From an uncultured Acidobacteriota bacterium (GTDB lineage Bacteria; Acidobacteriota; Vicinamibacteria; Fen-336): DNA of 64,000 nucleotides. The notes under the pieces were generated by a model. That model did not search any database, had not been told where the DNA came from, and saw only the letters and a program-made list of their open reading frames with translations. The stretch covers positions 961,713 to 1,025,712 of the forward strand of contig CAVPGH010000001.1 in the NCBI GenBank assembly GCA_963703985.1, given 5' to 3'. Positions 56,050 to 64,000 of the stretch are shown here, one piece after another (position 1 is the first letter of the stretch; every line of letters begins with the position of its first letter). The position numbers and the translations under genes were made by a program.

Positions 56050-56066
56050 CGCATCCCCGCGAGAGC

Positions 56067-56609
56067 ATGACCGGGTGCCGCCTCCGGGGCTACGAAGCGG
56101 ACGATGCGGAGGCGCTCTACGCGGCCGTCCGCGAGTCCATGGCCGAGCTGTCGGTCTGGATGCCCTGGTGCCACCCGGACTACGCGGCGACCGAGGCCCG
56201 TGAATGGACGGCTTCGCGTCAGGCCCTGGCCGCGCAGGGTACGGACTACCACTTCGCCATCGTCGACGACACGGATGGCCGCTTCCTGGGTGGTTGCGGG
56301 ATCAACCAGATCAATCGGCTCCACCGCTTCGGCAACCTGGGCTACTGGGTGCGCACTTCGGCGGCGGGGCGAGGGGTTGCGCGTACCGCGGTGGGGAAGC
56401 TGGCGGACTGGGCTTTCGGAAACACGGACCTGGCTCGCCTCGAGATCGTCTGCGCGGTGGGCAACGAGCGGAGCCAGCGCGCGGCCGCGGCCGCGGGCGC
56501 GACTCGGGAGGGAATCCTCCACGACCGCCTGCTCGTGCACGGGCGGTGGCACGACGCGGTGATGTTCAGCATCACCCGCGATCGGTGGCGACCCGTCCCC
56601 GGCCCCTGA
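56067..56609 (+). CDS. GNAT-family N-acetyltransferase (RimJ/RimL-like)
   Basis: The ATG at 56067 lies inside ORF 55077-56609. Motifs: FAIVDDTDGRFLGGCGINQ, LGYWVRTSAAGRGVARTAV and RLEIVCAVGNERSQRAAAAAGATREG. Confidence 0.8.
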   Translation: MTGCRLRGYEADDAEALYAAVRESMAELSVWMPWCHPDYAATEAREWTASRQALAAQGTDYHFAIVDDTDGRFLGGCGINQINRLHRFGNLGYWVRTSAAGRGVARTAVGKLADWAFGNTDLARLEIVCAVGNERSQRAAAAAGATREGILHDRLLVHGRWHDAVMFSITRDRWRPVPGP

Positions 56610-56641
56610 CGGGACGACTGTTTTCTCGGGCTGAGCCGAAC

Positions 56642-56663
56642 CGCGCCCCCGTCGCCGGGCGCG
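56642..56663. terminator. Hairpin between convergent genes
   Basis: CGCGCCC-ccgtcgcc-GGGCGCG forms a 7-bp stem in the 60-nt gap between stops at 56609 (+) and 56670 (-). Confidence 0.3.
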
Positions 56664-56669
56664 AGCGAG

Positions 56670-57410
56670 CTAGATGACCGCGGTCTCCACGCGCTTGCGC
56701 GCCTCTTCCATGGGCTGGAAGAGGCGACGGCGCGCGGTCTGGTAGGCCTTGATGTAGCCGTCGGCCGTGGGCGCGTCCTTGGCGTGGAGCACCAGATCGG
56801 CTATGGTCGCAAATCCCTGCGTGCTGTCGCCGCTCCGGAACTCGTCGCCCACCAGGATCACGAAGACCCGCCGCCGCGCCTCCGGGCTGAGGCGGAGCAT
56901 GCGCAGGTACAGGCTCTCGGGCTTGCCGGGGGTGGCCCCGACGCGCGCGGTGGCCACGACCGCGTAGGCGCCCTGCTCGAGCTGGCGCGCCCCCTCGTCG
57001 AAGTCCTCGACGGTCTCCACCGCGTACCCGATCCGGGTCAAGGTCTGGCTGATGCCCACGGCCTGGGCAGGGTCGGGGAAGACCACGAGGGCCTTCTCGA
57101 CGCCTCCCTCCTCGCCCCCGGTGTTCATCTCGCGCTTGAGCTGGGCCATGAGCTGGGCTCGCACCTCGTCGGTCAGGCCCGCGAGGCCCGCGGCGGGTCG
57201 GGCCGGCTCCGGCGGAACGACGGGCGCGGCGGCGGGGGCGGGCGCGGGAGAAGGAACGGCCGCGGCCATCGATCCCGTATCTGCGCCGCTCTTGCCCGGC
57301 AGCTTCACCACGTTCTGGCACTTGGGGCAGCGAACGCTGAAAGGGCGGTCCGGGACCTTCGAGTCGTCGATCGCGATCTTCTGGGAGCACTGCGGACAGT
57401 TGGCCTGCAC
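56670..57410 (-). CDS. MJ0042-type zinc-ribbon protein with Pro/Ala linker and C-terminal receiver-like (non-phosphorylatable?) domain
   Basis: Intact 246-aa ORF. CPQCSQKIAIDDSKVPDRPFSVRCPKCQ provides two CxxC pairs. The C-terminal alpha/beta region (ALVVFPDP..., VFVILVGDEF) is REC-like in pattern only. It starts 3 nt after the pilT stop. Confidence 0.7.
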   Translation of the reverse strand: MQANCPQCSQKIAIDDSKVPDRPFSVRCPKCQNVVKLPGKSGADTGSMAAAVPSPAPAPAAAPVVPPEPARPAAGLAGLTDEVRAQLMAQLKREMNTGGEEGGVEKALVVFPDPAQAVGISQTLTRIGYAVETVEDFDEGARQLEQGAYAVVATARVGATPGKPESLYLRMLRLSPEARRRVFVILVGDEFRSGDSTQGFATIADLVLHAKDAPTADGYIKAYQTARRRLFQPMEEARKRVETAVI

Positions 57411-57413
57411 GCT

Positions 57414-58643
57414 CTACCTCTCGATCAGGTCTTCGAACTCGGAGTCCGAGCGGTGGGGCGTCGCCCCCGCGGCGGGAGCCGGCTTTCGGGGGGCGGGAGG
57501 AGGGGCGGCCATCTTCACGGAGGCCGCCTTCACCTTCTCCTCCGCGCCCACGCCCTGGGTGTCCAGGCGGATCTGGAGGTTCGCGCGGTTGGTCGCGTAA
57601 GAGAGCGCGGTCTCCCTCTCGAGCTCGCCGTTGTTGATGCACTTCTCGAGCTCCTGGTCGAAGCTCTGCATGCCCTCGAGCGCGCCGTCCTCGATCGCAT
57701 CCATCAGGCTCTTGCCCTCGCGTTCCCCCTCCTGGATGTACTCGCGGGTGCGCGAGTTCGAGCGGAGGATCTCGCACAGCGCCTTGCGCCCTCCCCCCGC
57801 CTTGGGGACGAGGCGCTGGCTCACGATCCACTTGAAGGACTGCGAGAAGCGGGTGCGGATCTGGCGCTCCTCGTTCTTGGGGAAGACGCCCACGATGCGG
57901 TCGATGGTCTTGGAGGCGTCGATGGTGTGGAGGGTGGAGAGCACGAGGTGGCCCGTCTCCGAGGCCTCGAGGGCGATGGAGATCGTCTCCACGTCGCGCA
58001 TCTCGCCCACCAGGATCACCTTGGGCGCCTGGCGGAGGGCGGCGCGCAGGGCGAGGGCGAAGGTCTGGGTGTCGAAGCCGACCTCCCGCTGGTTGATCGT
58101 GCACTTGATGTGGGGATGCAGGTACTCGATGGGGTCCTCGATGGTGATGATGTGGAAGGCGTTGTCCTTGTTCATCCGGTTGATGATGCCGGCGAGGGTG
58201 GTCGACTTGCCGGAGCCGGTAGGACCGGTGACGAGGACGATCCCGTTGCGCTCCCGGGTGATGTCGTTGAGCTGCGGGGGGAGGCCCAGCTCTTCGATCG
58301 TGGGAATCTTGTTGGGGATGACGCGCAGGACGATCGAGTAGGTGCCGCGTTGCGAGAAGACGTTGACGCGGAAACGCGTGCGGCGGGAGAGGCTGTAGGA
58401 GAGGTCGACCGAGCCCGTGCGGGCCAGCTTGTCCACGAGGTCGCGCTTGCCCCCGACCAGCCGCATGGCGATGAGCTCGGTCTGGTAGGGGAGCAGGCGC
58501 TCGATGCCGGCGAAGCTCACGGCCTGGAGGTGGCCATCCACCTCGACCTGCGGGGGCCGCCCCACGGACAGGTTCAGGTCCGAGATGCCGGGCGCCGCGT
58601 CCAGCATGGCTTCCAGCAGAGGGTCTAGATCGAAGAAAGCCAT
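57414..58643 (-). CDS. pilT: Type IV pilus retraction ATPase PilT family
   Basis: Intact 409-aa ORF. Motifs: GIVLVTGPTGSGKSTTLA (Walker A), IITIEDPIEY, ALRAALRQAPKVILVGEMRD (Asp box/Walker B), TGHLVLSTLHT (His box) and the PilT-type RLVP. It has an extra ~50-aa Pro-rich tail. GGAGGCGGAGGA precedes the ATG. Confidence 0.9.
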   Translation of the reverse strand: MAFFDLDPLLEAMLDAAPGISDLNLSVGRPPQVEVDGHLQAVSFAGIERLLPYQTELIAMRLVGGKRDLVDKLARTGSVDLSYSLSRRTRFRVNVFSQRGTYSIVLRVIPNKIPTIEELGLPPQLNDITRERNGIVLVTGPTGSGKSTTLAGIINRMNKDNAFHIITIEDPIEYLHPHIKCTINQREVGFDTQTFALALRAALRQAPKVILVGEMRDVETISIALEASETGHLVLSTLHTIDASKTIDRIVGVFPKNEERQIRTRFSQSFKWIVSQRLVPKAGGGRKALCEILRSNSRTREYIQEGEREGKSLMDAIEDGALEGMQSFDQELEKCINNGELERETALSYATNRANLQIRLDTQGVGAEEKVKAASVKMAAPPPAPRKPAPAAGATPHRSDSEFEDLIER

Positions 58644-58724
58644 TCCTCCGCCTCCCGCAAGACGTCGATGATAGCACGCGGGGTCCCGGGCGGAGCCCCC
58701 CGGGGAGGGCCGGCGTGACGGGGG

Positions 58725-59519
58725 TCACTCGGCCTTTTCCCGCCTCTCCTCGAAGCGATAGACGCGGCCCGGCTCCCCGGGCAGATCGAAGCTCCGTATC
58801 CTCACGGAAAAGGCCTCCTCCGCGGCCTCGCTGCCCAGGACGGCCTCGGGCGTGCCCTCCGCGGCGACGCGCCCCCCGTGCAGGAGGACCATCCGGCGGG
58901 CCCAGGCGGCCGCCCGGGGCAGGTCGTGGATCACGGCGAGCACGGCCACGCCCCCCTCGCGCACCCCGTCCAGGGCGCGGAAAAGGGCGAGCTGGTGGCC
59001 CACGTCCAGGTGCGCCGCCGGCTCGTCCAGGAGGAGGAGGCGGGGCTCCTGGGCGAGACCCCGCGCCAGCAGCACGAGCTGCCGCTCGCCCGCGGAGAGC
59101 GTGCCCAGCCTCCGCGCGGCCAGATGCTCGATGCCGGTGGTGCGCAGCGCCCGCCCCACCGCTGCCTCGTCCTCGTCGGTGAACGGCCGCAGCGGGCCGC
59201 GGTGTGGGTAACGGCCCAGGGCCACCCGGTCCGCCACCGTGAGCAGGAGCGGCCCCTCGTCCTCGGGAGCGACCACCGCGAGGCGGCGCGCCACCGCGTC
59301 ACGGCTCCAGGCGGCGAGCGGTCGTGACTCGAGAAGAACCTCGCCCCGGAGGGCGGGCAGGAGCCCCGCGAGCGTCCGCACGAGCGTCGACTTGCCCGCG
59401 GCGTTGGGTCCGACGAGGGCGAGGGCGTCTCCGGGGAGAAGCTCGAGGCTCACGCCGTCGAGGACGGTGCGGCGGCCCCGCGTCACCACGAGGTCCCGCG
59501 CTTCGAGAAGCGGGGTCAC
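58725..59519 (-). CDS. ABC transporter ATP-binding protein, iron-chelate/cobalamin type (FepC/BtuD/HmuV family)
   Basis: GTG 59519 overlaps the upstream TGA (GTGA). Motifs: LVGPNAAGKSTL, LSAGERQLVLLARGL, LLLLDEPAAHLD and VIHDL. Confidence 0.85.
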   Translation of the reverse strand: MTPLLEARDLVVTRGRRTVLDGVSLELLPGDALALVGPNAAGKSTLVRTLAGLLPALRGEVLLESRPLAAWSRDAVARRLAVVAPEDEGPLLLTVADRVALGRYPHRGPLRPFTDEDEAAVGRALRTTGIEHLAARRLGTLSAGERQLVLLARGLAQEPRLLLLDEPAAHLDVGHQLALFRALDGVREGGVAVLAVIHDLPRAAAWARRMVLLHGGRVAAEGTPEAVLGSEAAEEAFSVRIRSFDLPGEPGRVYRFEERREKAE

Positions 59520-60526
59520 GGGTTCCCCTCCTGCTTCCGCAGCGCGAACAGGAAATAGGGAGCGCCCACGAACGCGGTGACCGAGCCCAGGGGCAGGTCC
59601 AACCGGTCGCTCACGGACCGGGAGAGGACGTCCGCCACCACCACGAGGATGGCCCCGGCCAGGAACGAAGCGGGCAGCAGGCGCCGCGCCACCGGCCCCA
59701 CCAGCGGGCGCAGCGCGTGCGGGGCGACGAGACCCACGAACGGCACCGATCCCGCGAGGGCGGTGGCGGGTCCCGCCACGAGCGAAGCGAGCAGGAAGAA
59801 GGCCATCCGAGTCGTGTGCACGGGCAGGCTGAGGGAGGCCGCCTCCTCCTCGCCCAGCGACAGCACGTCCAGCGGCCGGGCGAGGAGCCATAGCAGTCCG
59901 GAGCCGATGAGGACGAACAGGGCGCCCAGCCGGACGTGCTCCCACCCGCGACCTTCGAGCCCGCCCGCCAGCCAGAAGAGGACCGTTCGCACGCGGAACT
60001 CCTCGGTGGCCACGAGGAGGGCGGAGGTAGCGGCGGAAGCCAGCGCGGACACCGCGAGGCCGGTGAGGAGGAGGCCGTGCAGGGAGGGGCGGCCGCCCGC
60101 GTGGGCGAGCAGGTAGATGGCGAGCATCGCGAGGAGGGAGCCCAGGAAGGCGGTGAGGGGCAGGGCGAGGAAGGTCCGATGGGCCCAGCCCATGTTCACG
60201 GCCAGGACGGCGCCTAACGCAGCGCCCGGGCTCACCCCGAGGAGGCCGGCGTCGGCCATGGGGTTGCGGAAGAGCGACTGCAGGGTCGCCCCCACCACCG
60301 CGAGGCCGCCCCCGACGAGGGCGGCGAGCAGCACTCGGGGCAATCGGACCGACCAGAGGATGACCTCGCTCGTGGGAGGGAGGGCGTCCGGCCGCCCGAG
60401 GAGCGATCCCAGGACGCCCGCCGTGGGCAAGGAGACGCTTCCCGCCGAGGCGGCGACGAGGAGCGCCGCGGGGAGGAGGAGGGCGAGGGCGATCCACGCG
60501 GCCTTCCGGCGGGAGGCGTCGCTCAC
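59516..60526 (-). CDS. FecCD/BtuC-family ABC permease
   Basis: GTG 60526 overlaps the upstream TGA (GTGA). Motifs: LWSVRLPRVLLAALVGGGLAVVGATLQSLFRNPMADAGLLGVS and VPFVGLVAPH, ending APYFLFALRK. Confidence 0.85.
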   Translation of the reverse strand: MSDASRRKAAWIALALLLPAALLVAASAGSVSLPTAGVLGSLLGRPDALPPTSEVILWSVRLPRVLLAALVGGGLAVVGATLQSLFRNPMADAGLLGVSPGAALGAVLAVNMGWAHRTFLALPLTAFLGSLLAMLAIYLLAHAGGRPSLHGLLLTGLAVSALASAATSALLVATEEFRVRTVLFWLAGGLEGRGWEHVRLGALFVLIGSGLLWLLARPLDVLSLGEEEAASLSLPVHTTRMAFFLLASLVAGPATALAGSVPFVGLVAPHALRPLVGPVARRLLPASFLAGAILVVVADVLSRSVSDRLDLPLGSVTAFVGAPYFLFALRKQEGNP

Positions 60527-61374
60527 GGGCGGCCGCGGGGGACGCGGTCGGGGTGGAGGGCCGAGGCCAGCCACCAGCACGCGTCCGCGGCGTAGTGGCT
60601 GAGGGTGACGAGGAGTGCGGTGGGCATCTCCACGACGCGCTTGTCGCGCACGGCGCGCAGCTGCTTCAGGAGGGGGTGCTCCTCGAGGGCGGCGACCGAT
60701 CCCTCCCAGCGGCCGACGAGGACGAAGTCCGGCTCGGCCAGGAAGGCCTGCTCGGCGCTGAGGGGGAGGATGCCGGTGAGACCCAGCTCCCGGCCCACGT
60801 TCATCGCTCCCGATGCCTCGATGAGCGAGCCGATGGCGGTCCCCGCGCCGGCGGTGTGCGGGTTCGACCAGTAGAGGACGCGCGGACGTTCCGCCTCCTG
60901 CAACCTCCGGCTCAGGTCCTCGAGAGTCGCGTCGTAGCGGCCCACGAGCCGGGTCGCCCCTTCCGTCGCACCCGCCGCCCGCCCGAGATCGAGGACGGCG
61001 GCCCGGATGCCGGCGAGCGACTCCAGCCCCTGCATGCGGTGGTAGCGCAGCCCCGACTTCTCGACGAGGCGCAGGAAGTCGGCGTCGGTGTACTCGGAGA
61101 CCACGACCAGGTCGGGATGGAGGACGACCAGCCGCTCCAGGTCGGCCTTGGGGAAGCGGAGGGCGGACGCGGGGACCCGCCCCGCGACGTTCGACATGCC
61201 GGGGTCGTCCGCCCAGCGGGTGACCGCCACCAGCCGGTCCGGGGGCAGGATGTCGACCAGGATCTCGTCGGAGGCGAGGTTCAGCGAGGCGACGCGTCGG
61301 GGCGCATCGCCCGCCCCCGCGAACGGGGCGACGGCAAACCCCCACCCCCACAACACGAGAAGAGCGCGCTTCAC
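60523..61374 (-). CDS. Periplasmic substrate-binding protein, BtuF/FhuD/HmuT-type (class III PBP)
   Basis: Intact 283-aa ORF with a signal peptide. Motifs: RVASLNLASDEILVDILPPDRLVAVT, PDLVVVS and PRVLYW. The GTG start overlaps the upstream TGA (GTGA). Confidence 0.8.
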   Translation of the reverse strand: MKRALLVLWGWGFAVAPFAGAGDAPRRVASLNLASDEILVDILPPDRLVAVTRWADDPGMSNVAGRVPASALRFPKADLERLVVLHPDLVVVSEYTDADFLRLVEKSGLRYHRMQGLESLAGIRAAVLDLGRAAGATEGATRLVGRYDATLEDLSRRLQEAERPRVLYWSNPHTAGAGTAIGSLIEASGAMNVGRELGLTGILPLSAEQAFLAEPDFVLVGRWEGSVAALEEHPLLKQLRAVRDKRVVEMPTALLVTLSHYAADACWWLASALHPDRVPRGRP

Positions 61375-62039
61375 GCGTCACCGGCGAGCAGGAAGTCCGC
61401 GAAGACGAAGCCCTCGCGCTCGACCACCGCGCCCGGGCGCAGAGCCAGGGACCGGTGGAACATCGGTCCATCCCAGGCGAAGGTGTGGAACTCCCCGTTC
61501 TCGCCGCAGGCGTCGACGCCGGCGGGGAGGTCGCCCAGGAAGTCGCGGTCGAACTCGCGGCCGGCGAAGGCGGGGGCCAGTTGGCGCGGGTCCACCGTCA
61601 CCACGCGGGCGCGCAGCCCGCCCCCGATCATCTCCGCCGCGAGGGCGGCGGTGGGACGGCCCCAGAGCGGGAAGAGCGGCCGGAGGCCGGTGCCGGCCAG
61701 GCGGTCCTCGCGGTAGCGGCGGATGTCCTCCAGGAAGAGATCGCCGAAGGCGAAGGCCTCGACCCCTTCGTTGCGGGCCCGGCCAACCGCCTCCGACATG
61801 ACGGCTTCGTAGACGGCGTTGGAGCACGGGTGCGGGAGGGGAGCGACCACGAGGGGCAGGCCCAGGCTGTCGGCCTGGGCCTGGAGCAGCGAGCGGCGGA
61901 CGCCGTGCATGGCCACGCGGTCGTAGACCTCGTTGACCGTGGTGAGGAGGGCGACGACCTCCACCTCCGCGGACGAGCGCAGCACGTGGAGCGCCCAGGC
62001 GCTGTCCTTCCCGCTGCTCCAGGCCAGCCAGGCCTTCAC
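61371..62039 (-). CDS. PP-loop ATP pyrophosphatase of the MJ0570/Dph6-related (DUF71) family
   Basis: Intact 222-aa ORF. AWSSGKDSAWAL is the PP-loop SGGKDS variant. AFGDLFLEDIRRYRE, PLFPLWG and CGENGEFHTF match the diphthine-ammonia-ligase-like N-terminal domain as I recall it. Confidence 0.7.
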   Translation of the reverse strand: MKAWLAWSSGKDSAWALHVLRSSAEVEVVALLTTVNEVYDRVAMHGVRRSLLQAQADSLGLPLVVAPLPHPCSNAVYEAVMSEAVGRARNEGVEAFAFGDLFLEDIRRYREDRLAGTGLRPLFPLWGRPTAALAAEMIGGGLRARVVTVDPRQLAPAFAGREFDRDFLGDLPAGVDACGENGEFHTFAWDGPMFHRSLALRPGAVVEREGFVFADFLLAGDA

Positions 62040-62061
62040 GATCGGCGGCGACGCCGAAGCC

Positions 62062-64000
62062 TCACGGCCGCACCCCCGTACGGAAGCGCAGGCCGCCGCG
62101 GACGGAGCGGCCGAGCGCGGGATACCCCAGCACCTCCTGGTACTGCTCGTCGAGCACGTTCTCCCCGATCACGAACGCTTCGAGGCCGCGGAAGAGCCGG
62201 ACGCGGCCGCGCAGGTCCAGCCGCTGGTAGCCGGGGTTGCTGGTGAGGTTCAGGCCGACGAAGTCGCTGTCCGCGCGCTCGCCCACGAGCACGAGCGTCC
62301 CCCCGAAACCGACCCGGTCGTTGCTCGCGAACGCGGTGAAGGAGGCCTGGTTCGCGGGCCGGCGCAAGAGCGCCTCACCCTCCGCGTAGATCGGGTTGAA
62401 ATCGCGTCCGCTCGCGAGGACCTCCCCGTCGAGGTAGGTGTAGCTGGCGAAGAGCTGGAGCCAGGGATGCGGCCGCCCCTCCACCTCGACCTCGACGCCC
62501 CTTGCCCGGGTCTGCTCGAGGTTGGTGTAGGTCCCTTCGAACGTCGTGAAGTCGAGGATCGTGTACGTGATCTGGTCGCGGTAGTCGTGGTAGTAGCCAG
62601 TCACCTGGACGCGCAGGCGGTTCTTGAAGAGGCGCTGCTCGAGCCCCCCGTCCACGGTGCGGCTCCGCTCCGGGTCGAGGTCGGGGTTGCCCCGTGCGTA
62701 GAAGGAAACGCCGTAGGACTCGAAGAAGCTCGGCTCCTTGATCCCACCCCCCGCGCTCGCCCGCAGGATCGTCGAGTTGTCGCCCCCCCGCAGTCGGAGG
62801 GCGAGCGCGGCCCTCGGCACCATCCAGGTCCCGAAGCTCCCGTTGTTCTCGATACGCCCGCCGAAGGTCAGGTCCAGCCGGTCCCCCACGAGCAGCCGGT
62901 CCTGCACGTAGAAGCCGAAGTTGGTCCGGCTCGGCTCGAGCAGCGGCTCCGAGCGGCTCCCCAGCGCCCCCGCCTCGTGCTCGAGCTCGGCCCCCGCGGT
63001 GAGCAGGTGGCGGCGCCCGAGCTGCGTCTCCCCTTGATAAGAGAAGGAAAGCCGGGAGGTCAGGTTCTGGAATCCGGCCGGGTCCGTGAAGTCCGAGAGG
63101 GGAAAGCCGGTCGCGCCCCCGTACTCCGGCACGTAGGGCCCGGAGTCGATCGGGTTCAGCGAGAGCTGCTTGGTGCGCGCGTAGCCGGCCTGGAAACCGT
63201 GGGCGAAGCGCCCGCTCGACACCTTGAGCTGGCCGGCCAGGGCCAGGTCGTCGCGCTCGATGGAGGCGTCGAGGTCCGGCCTCCCGAAGGCGGTCTGCCC
63301 CGGCGTCCCGAGGTCACTGCCCGCGGCGCGCAAGACGAAGCGGAGGCGGGCGGCGTCGGAGAGGCGCACGCCGAGAGCAGCCGCCCCCGCGGTTTCTCCG
63401 AACGCGTTGTTCGGCTCCTGGTTGTTCGTATCGAGACGCAGCAGGCCTGCATTCCAGTCGAAGCGGCCGGAGGCGCCCGACGTGGCCCCCTGGAAGTGCC
63501 ACCAGTCGAAGCTTCCCCCATCCGCCTCGAGGCGCACGCCCGGCCGCTCGCCGGGGGTCGCGCGCCGGGTCAGGACCTGGATCACTCCCGCGAGCGCGTC
63601 CGTGCCGTAGAGGCTGCTCGCGGCCCCCCGCACCACTTCCACCCGGCCCAGCTCCAGGGGCAGGGAGGTGCCGAAGTCGAACGCTCCCCCGGGCTCGTTC
63701 AGGGCCACGCCGTCCACCATGATGCGCGCGAAGCGCGACTCGCCGCCGCGGACGAAGGCCGAAGCCTGGGCGCCGATGCCGCCGGCGCGGGCGGTGGCGA
63801 TCCCGGGCATGTCCTGCAGGAGGTCGAGGGACGCGGAAGCCGCGCGCTCGACGATGCGCTCCCGGTCGAGCGTGGAAACGGTGACCCCCACCGTGGACGC
63901 GGCCGTCTCCGTCCGGGTGGCGGTGACCACCACCTGCTCGCGCACCGGGGCGGGAGCGAGGGCGAGGTCGAGCGTTGCCTCCCCCACACCAACCTCGACG
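62062..64000 (-). CDS. TonB-dependent receptor, BtuB-like; 5' end lies beyond the window
   Basis: ORF 62062-63987, open to the window edge. Plug motifs: VVVTATRTE, LLQDMPGIATARAGGIGAQASAFVRGGESRFARIMVDGVALNEP and VEVVRGAASSLYGTDALAGVIQV. A barrel follows. No signal peptide is present in the window. Confidence 0.85.
   Translation of the reverse strand, partial: VEVGVGEATLDLALAPAPVREQVVVTATRTETAASTVGVTVSTLDRERIVERAASASLDLLQDMPGIATARAGGIGAQASAFVRGGESRFARIMVDGVALNEPGGAFDFGTSLPLELGRVEVVRGAASSLYGTDALAGVIQVLTRRATPGERPGVRLEADGGSFDWWHFQGATSGASGRFDWNAGLLRLDTNNQEPNNAFGETAGAAALGVRLSDAARLRFVLRAAGSDLGTPGQTAFGRPDLDASIERDDLALAGQLKVSSGRFAHGFQAGYARTKQLSLNPIDSGPYVPEYGGATGFPLSDFTDPAGFQNLTSRLSFSYQGETQLGRRHLLTAGAELEHEAGALGSRSEPLLEPSRTNFGFYVQDRLLVGDRLDLTFGGRIENNGSFGTWMVPRAALALRLRGGDNSTILRASAGGGIKEPSFFESYGVSFYARGNPDLDPERSRTVDGGLEQRLFKNRLRVQVTGYYHDYRDQITYTILDFTTFEGTYTNLEQTRARGVEVEVEGRPHPWLQLFASYTYLDGEVLASGRDFNPIYAEGEALLRRPANQASFTAFASNDRVGFGGTLVLVGERADSDFVGLNLTSNPGYQRLDLRGRVRLFRGLEAFVIGENVLDEQYQEVLGYPALGRSVRGGLRFRTGVRP

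Noticed and set aside
1-64000. Search for tRNA, rRNA, CRISPR repeats, transposases, integrases, phage genes and flanking inverted or direct repeats around the duplicated modules.
   Set aside because: I found none by eye. The duplicated lipoprotein/receptor pairs are diverged paralogs with no terminal repeats, so there is no support for a mobile element. A systematic scan (tRNAscan, Infernal, ISfinder) was not possible here.
62062-64000. Cobalamin riboswitch or Fur box controlling the BtuB-like operon.
   Set aside because: The receptor gene runs off the window end, so its upstream leader is not in the sequence. Nothing can be said.

Overview
This is a very GC-rich bacterial chromosomal segment; third codon positions are almost all G/C. 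It is densely packed with about 48 protein genes on both strands. I found no rRNA, tRNA, CRISPR array, transposase or integrase.

The gene content suggests Acidobacteriota or a close relative (inference). The supporting genes are an ADOP-type duplicated orphan permease, three CarboxypepD_reg-type TonB-dependent receptors, several TPR-fused enzymes, and a Ser/Thr kinase with an N-terminal membrane sensor.

Layout:
- 1-6158 (-): a four-gene, translationally coupled glycan synthesis/export operon.
- 6.4-10.8 kb: small envelope and housekeeping genes.
- 10.9-15.8 kb and 31.3-36.4 kb: two copies of a pair made of a sulfatase-fold/TPR lipoprotein and a TonB-dependent receptor.
- 15.9-31.2 kb: ADOP permease, WYL regulator, CoA-transferase, Ser/Thr kinase, Tat D-aminoacylase, an AbfD-like dehydratase / secreted metzincin-like protein / flavin reductase trio, and LemA-TPM-TPM.
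- 36.5-51.2 kb: TPR protein, PLD, methyltransferase, esterases, rhomboid-TPR, CBM9/DUF5916 barrel, lytic transglycosylase and a third receptor.
- 51.2-56.6 kb: nadE, REC-PilZ, glgP and a GNAT.
- 56.7-64.0 kb: an orphan pilT plus zinc-ribbon gene, and a BtuBFCD-like uptake operon with an embedded PP-loop ATPase.

The best candidate for something undescribed is the twice-occurring lipoprotein (sulfatase fold with a Thr nucleophile, plus TPR) next to a SusC-like receptor. It could be a SusC/SusD-analogous capture module. This is a hypothesis only.

Major caveat: three blocks (1-6158, 13441-15451, 47620-49718) are riddled with single-nucleotide frame changes, while most other genes read through without a forced frame change. 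Every change I could resolve by hand against a paralog is a 1-nt insertion. I read this as a consensus-quality artefact rather than gene decay, but I cannot prove it from the sequence. All homology calls are from my own recognition of motifs; no searches were run.
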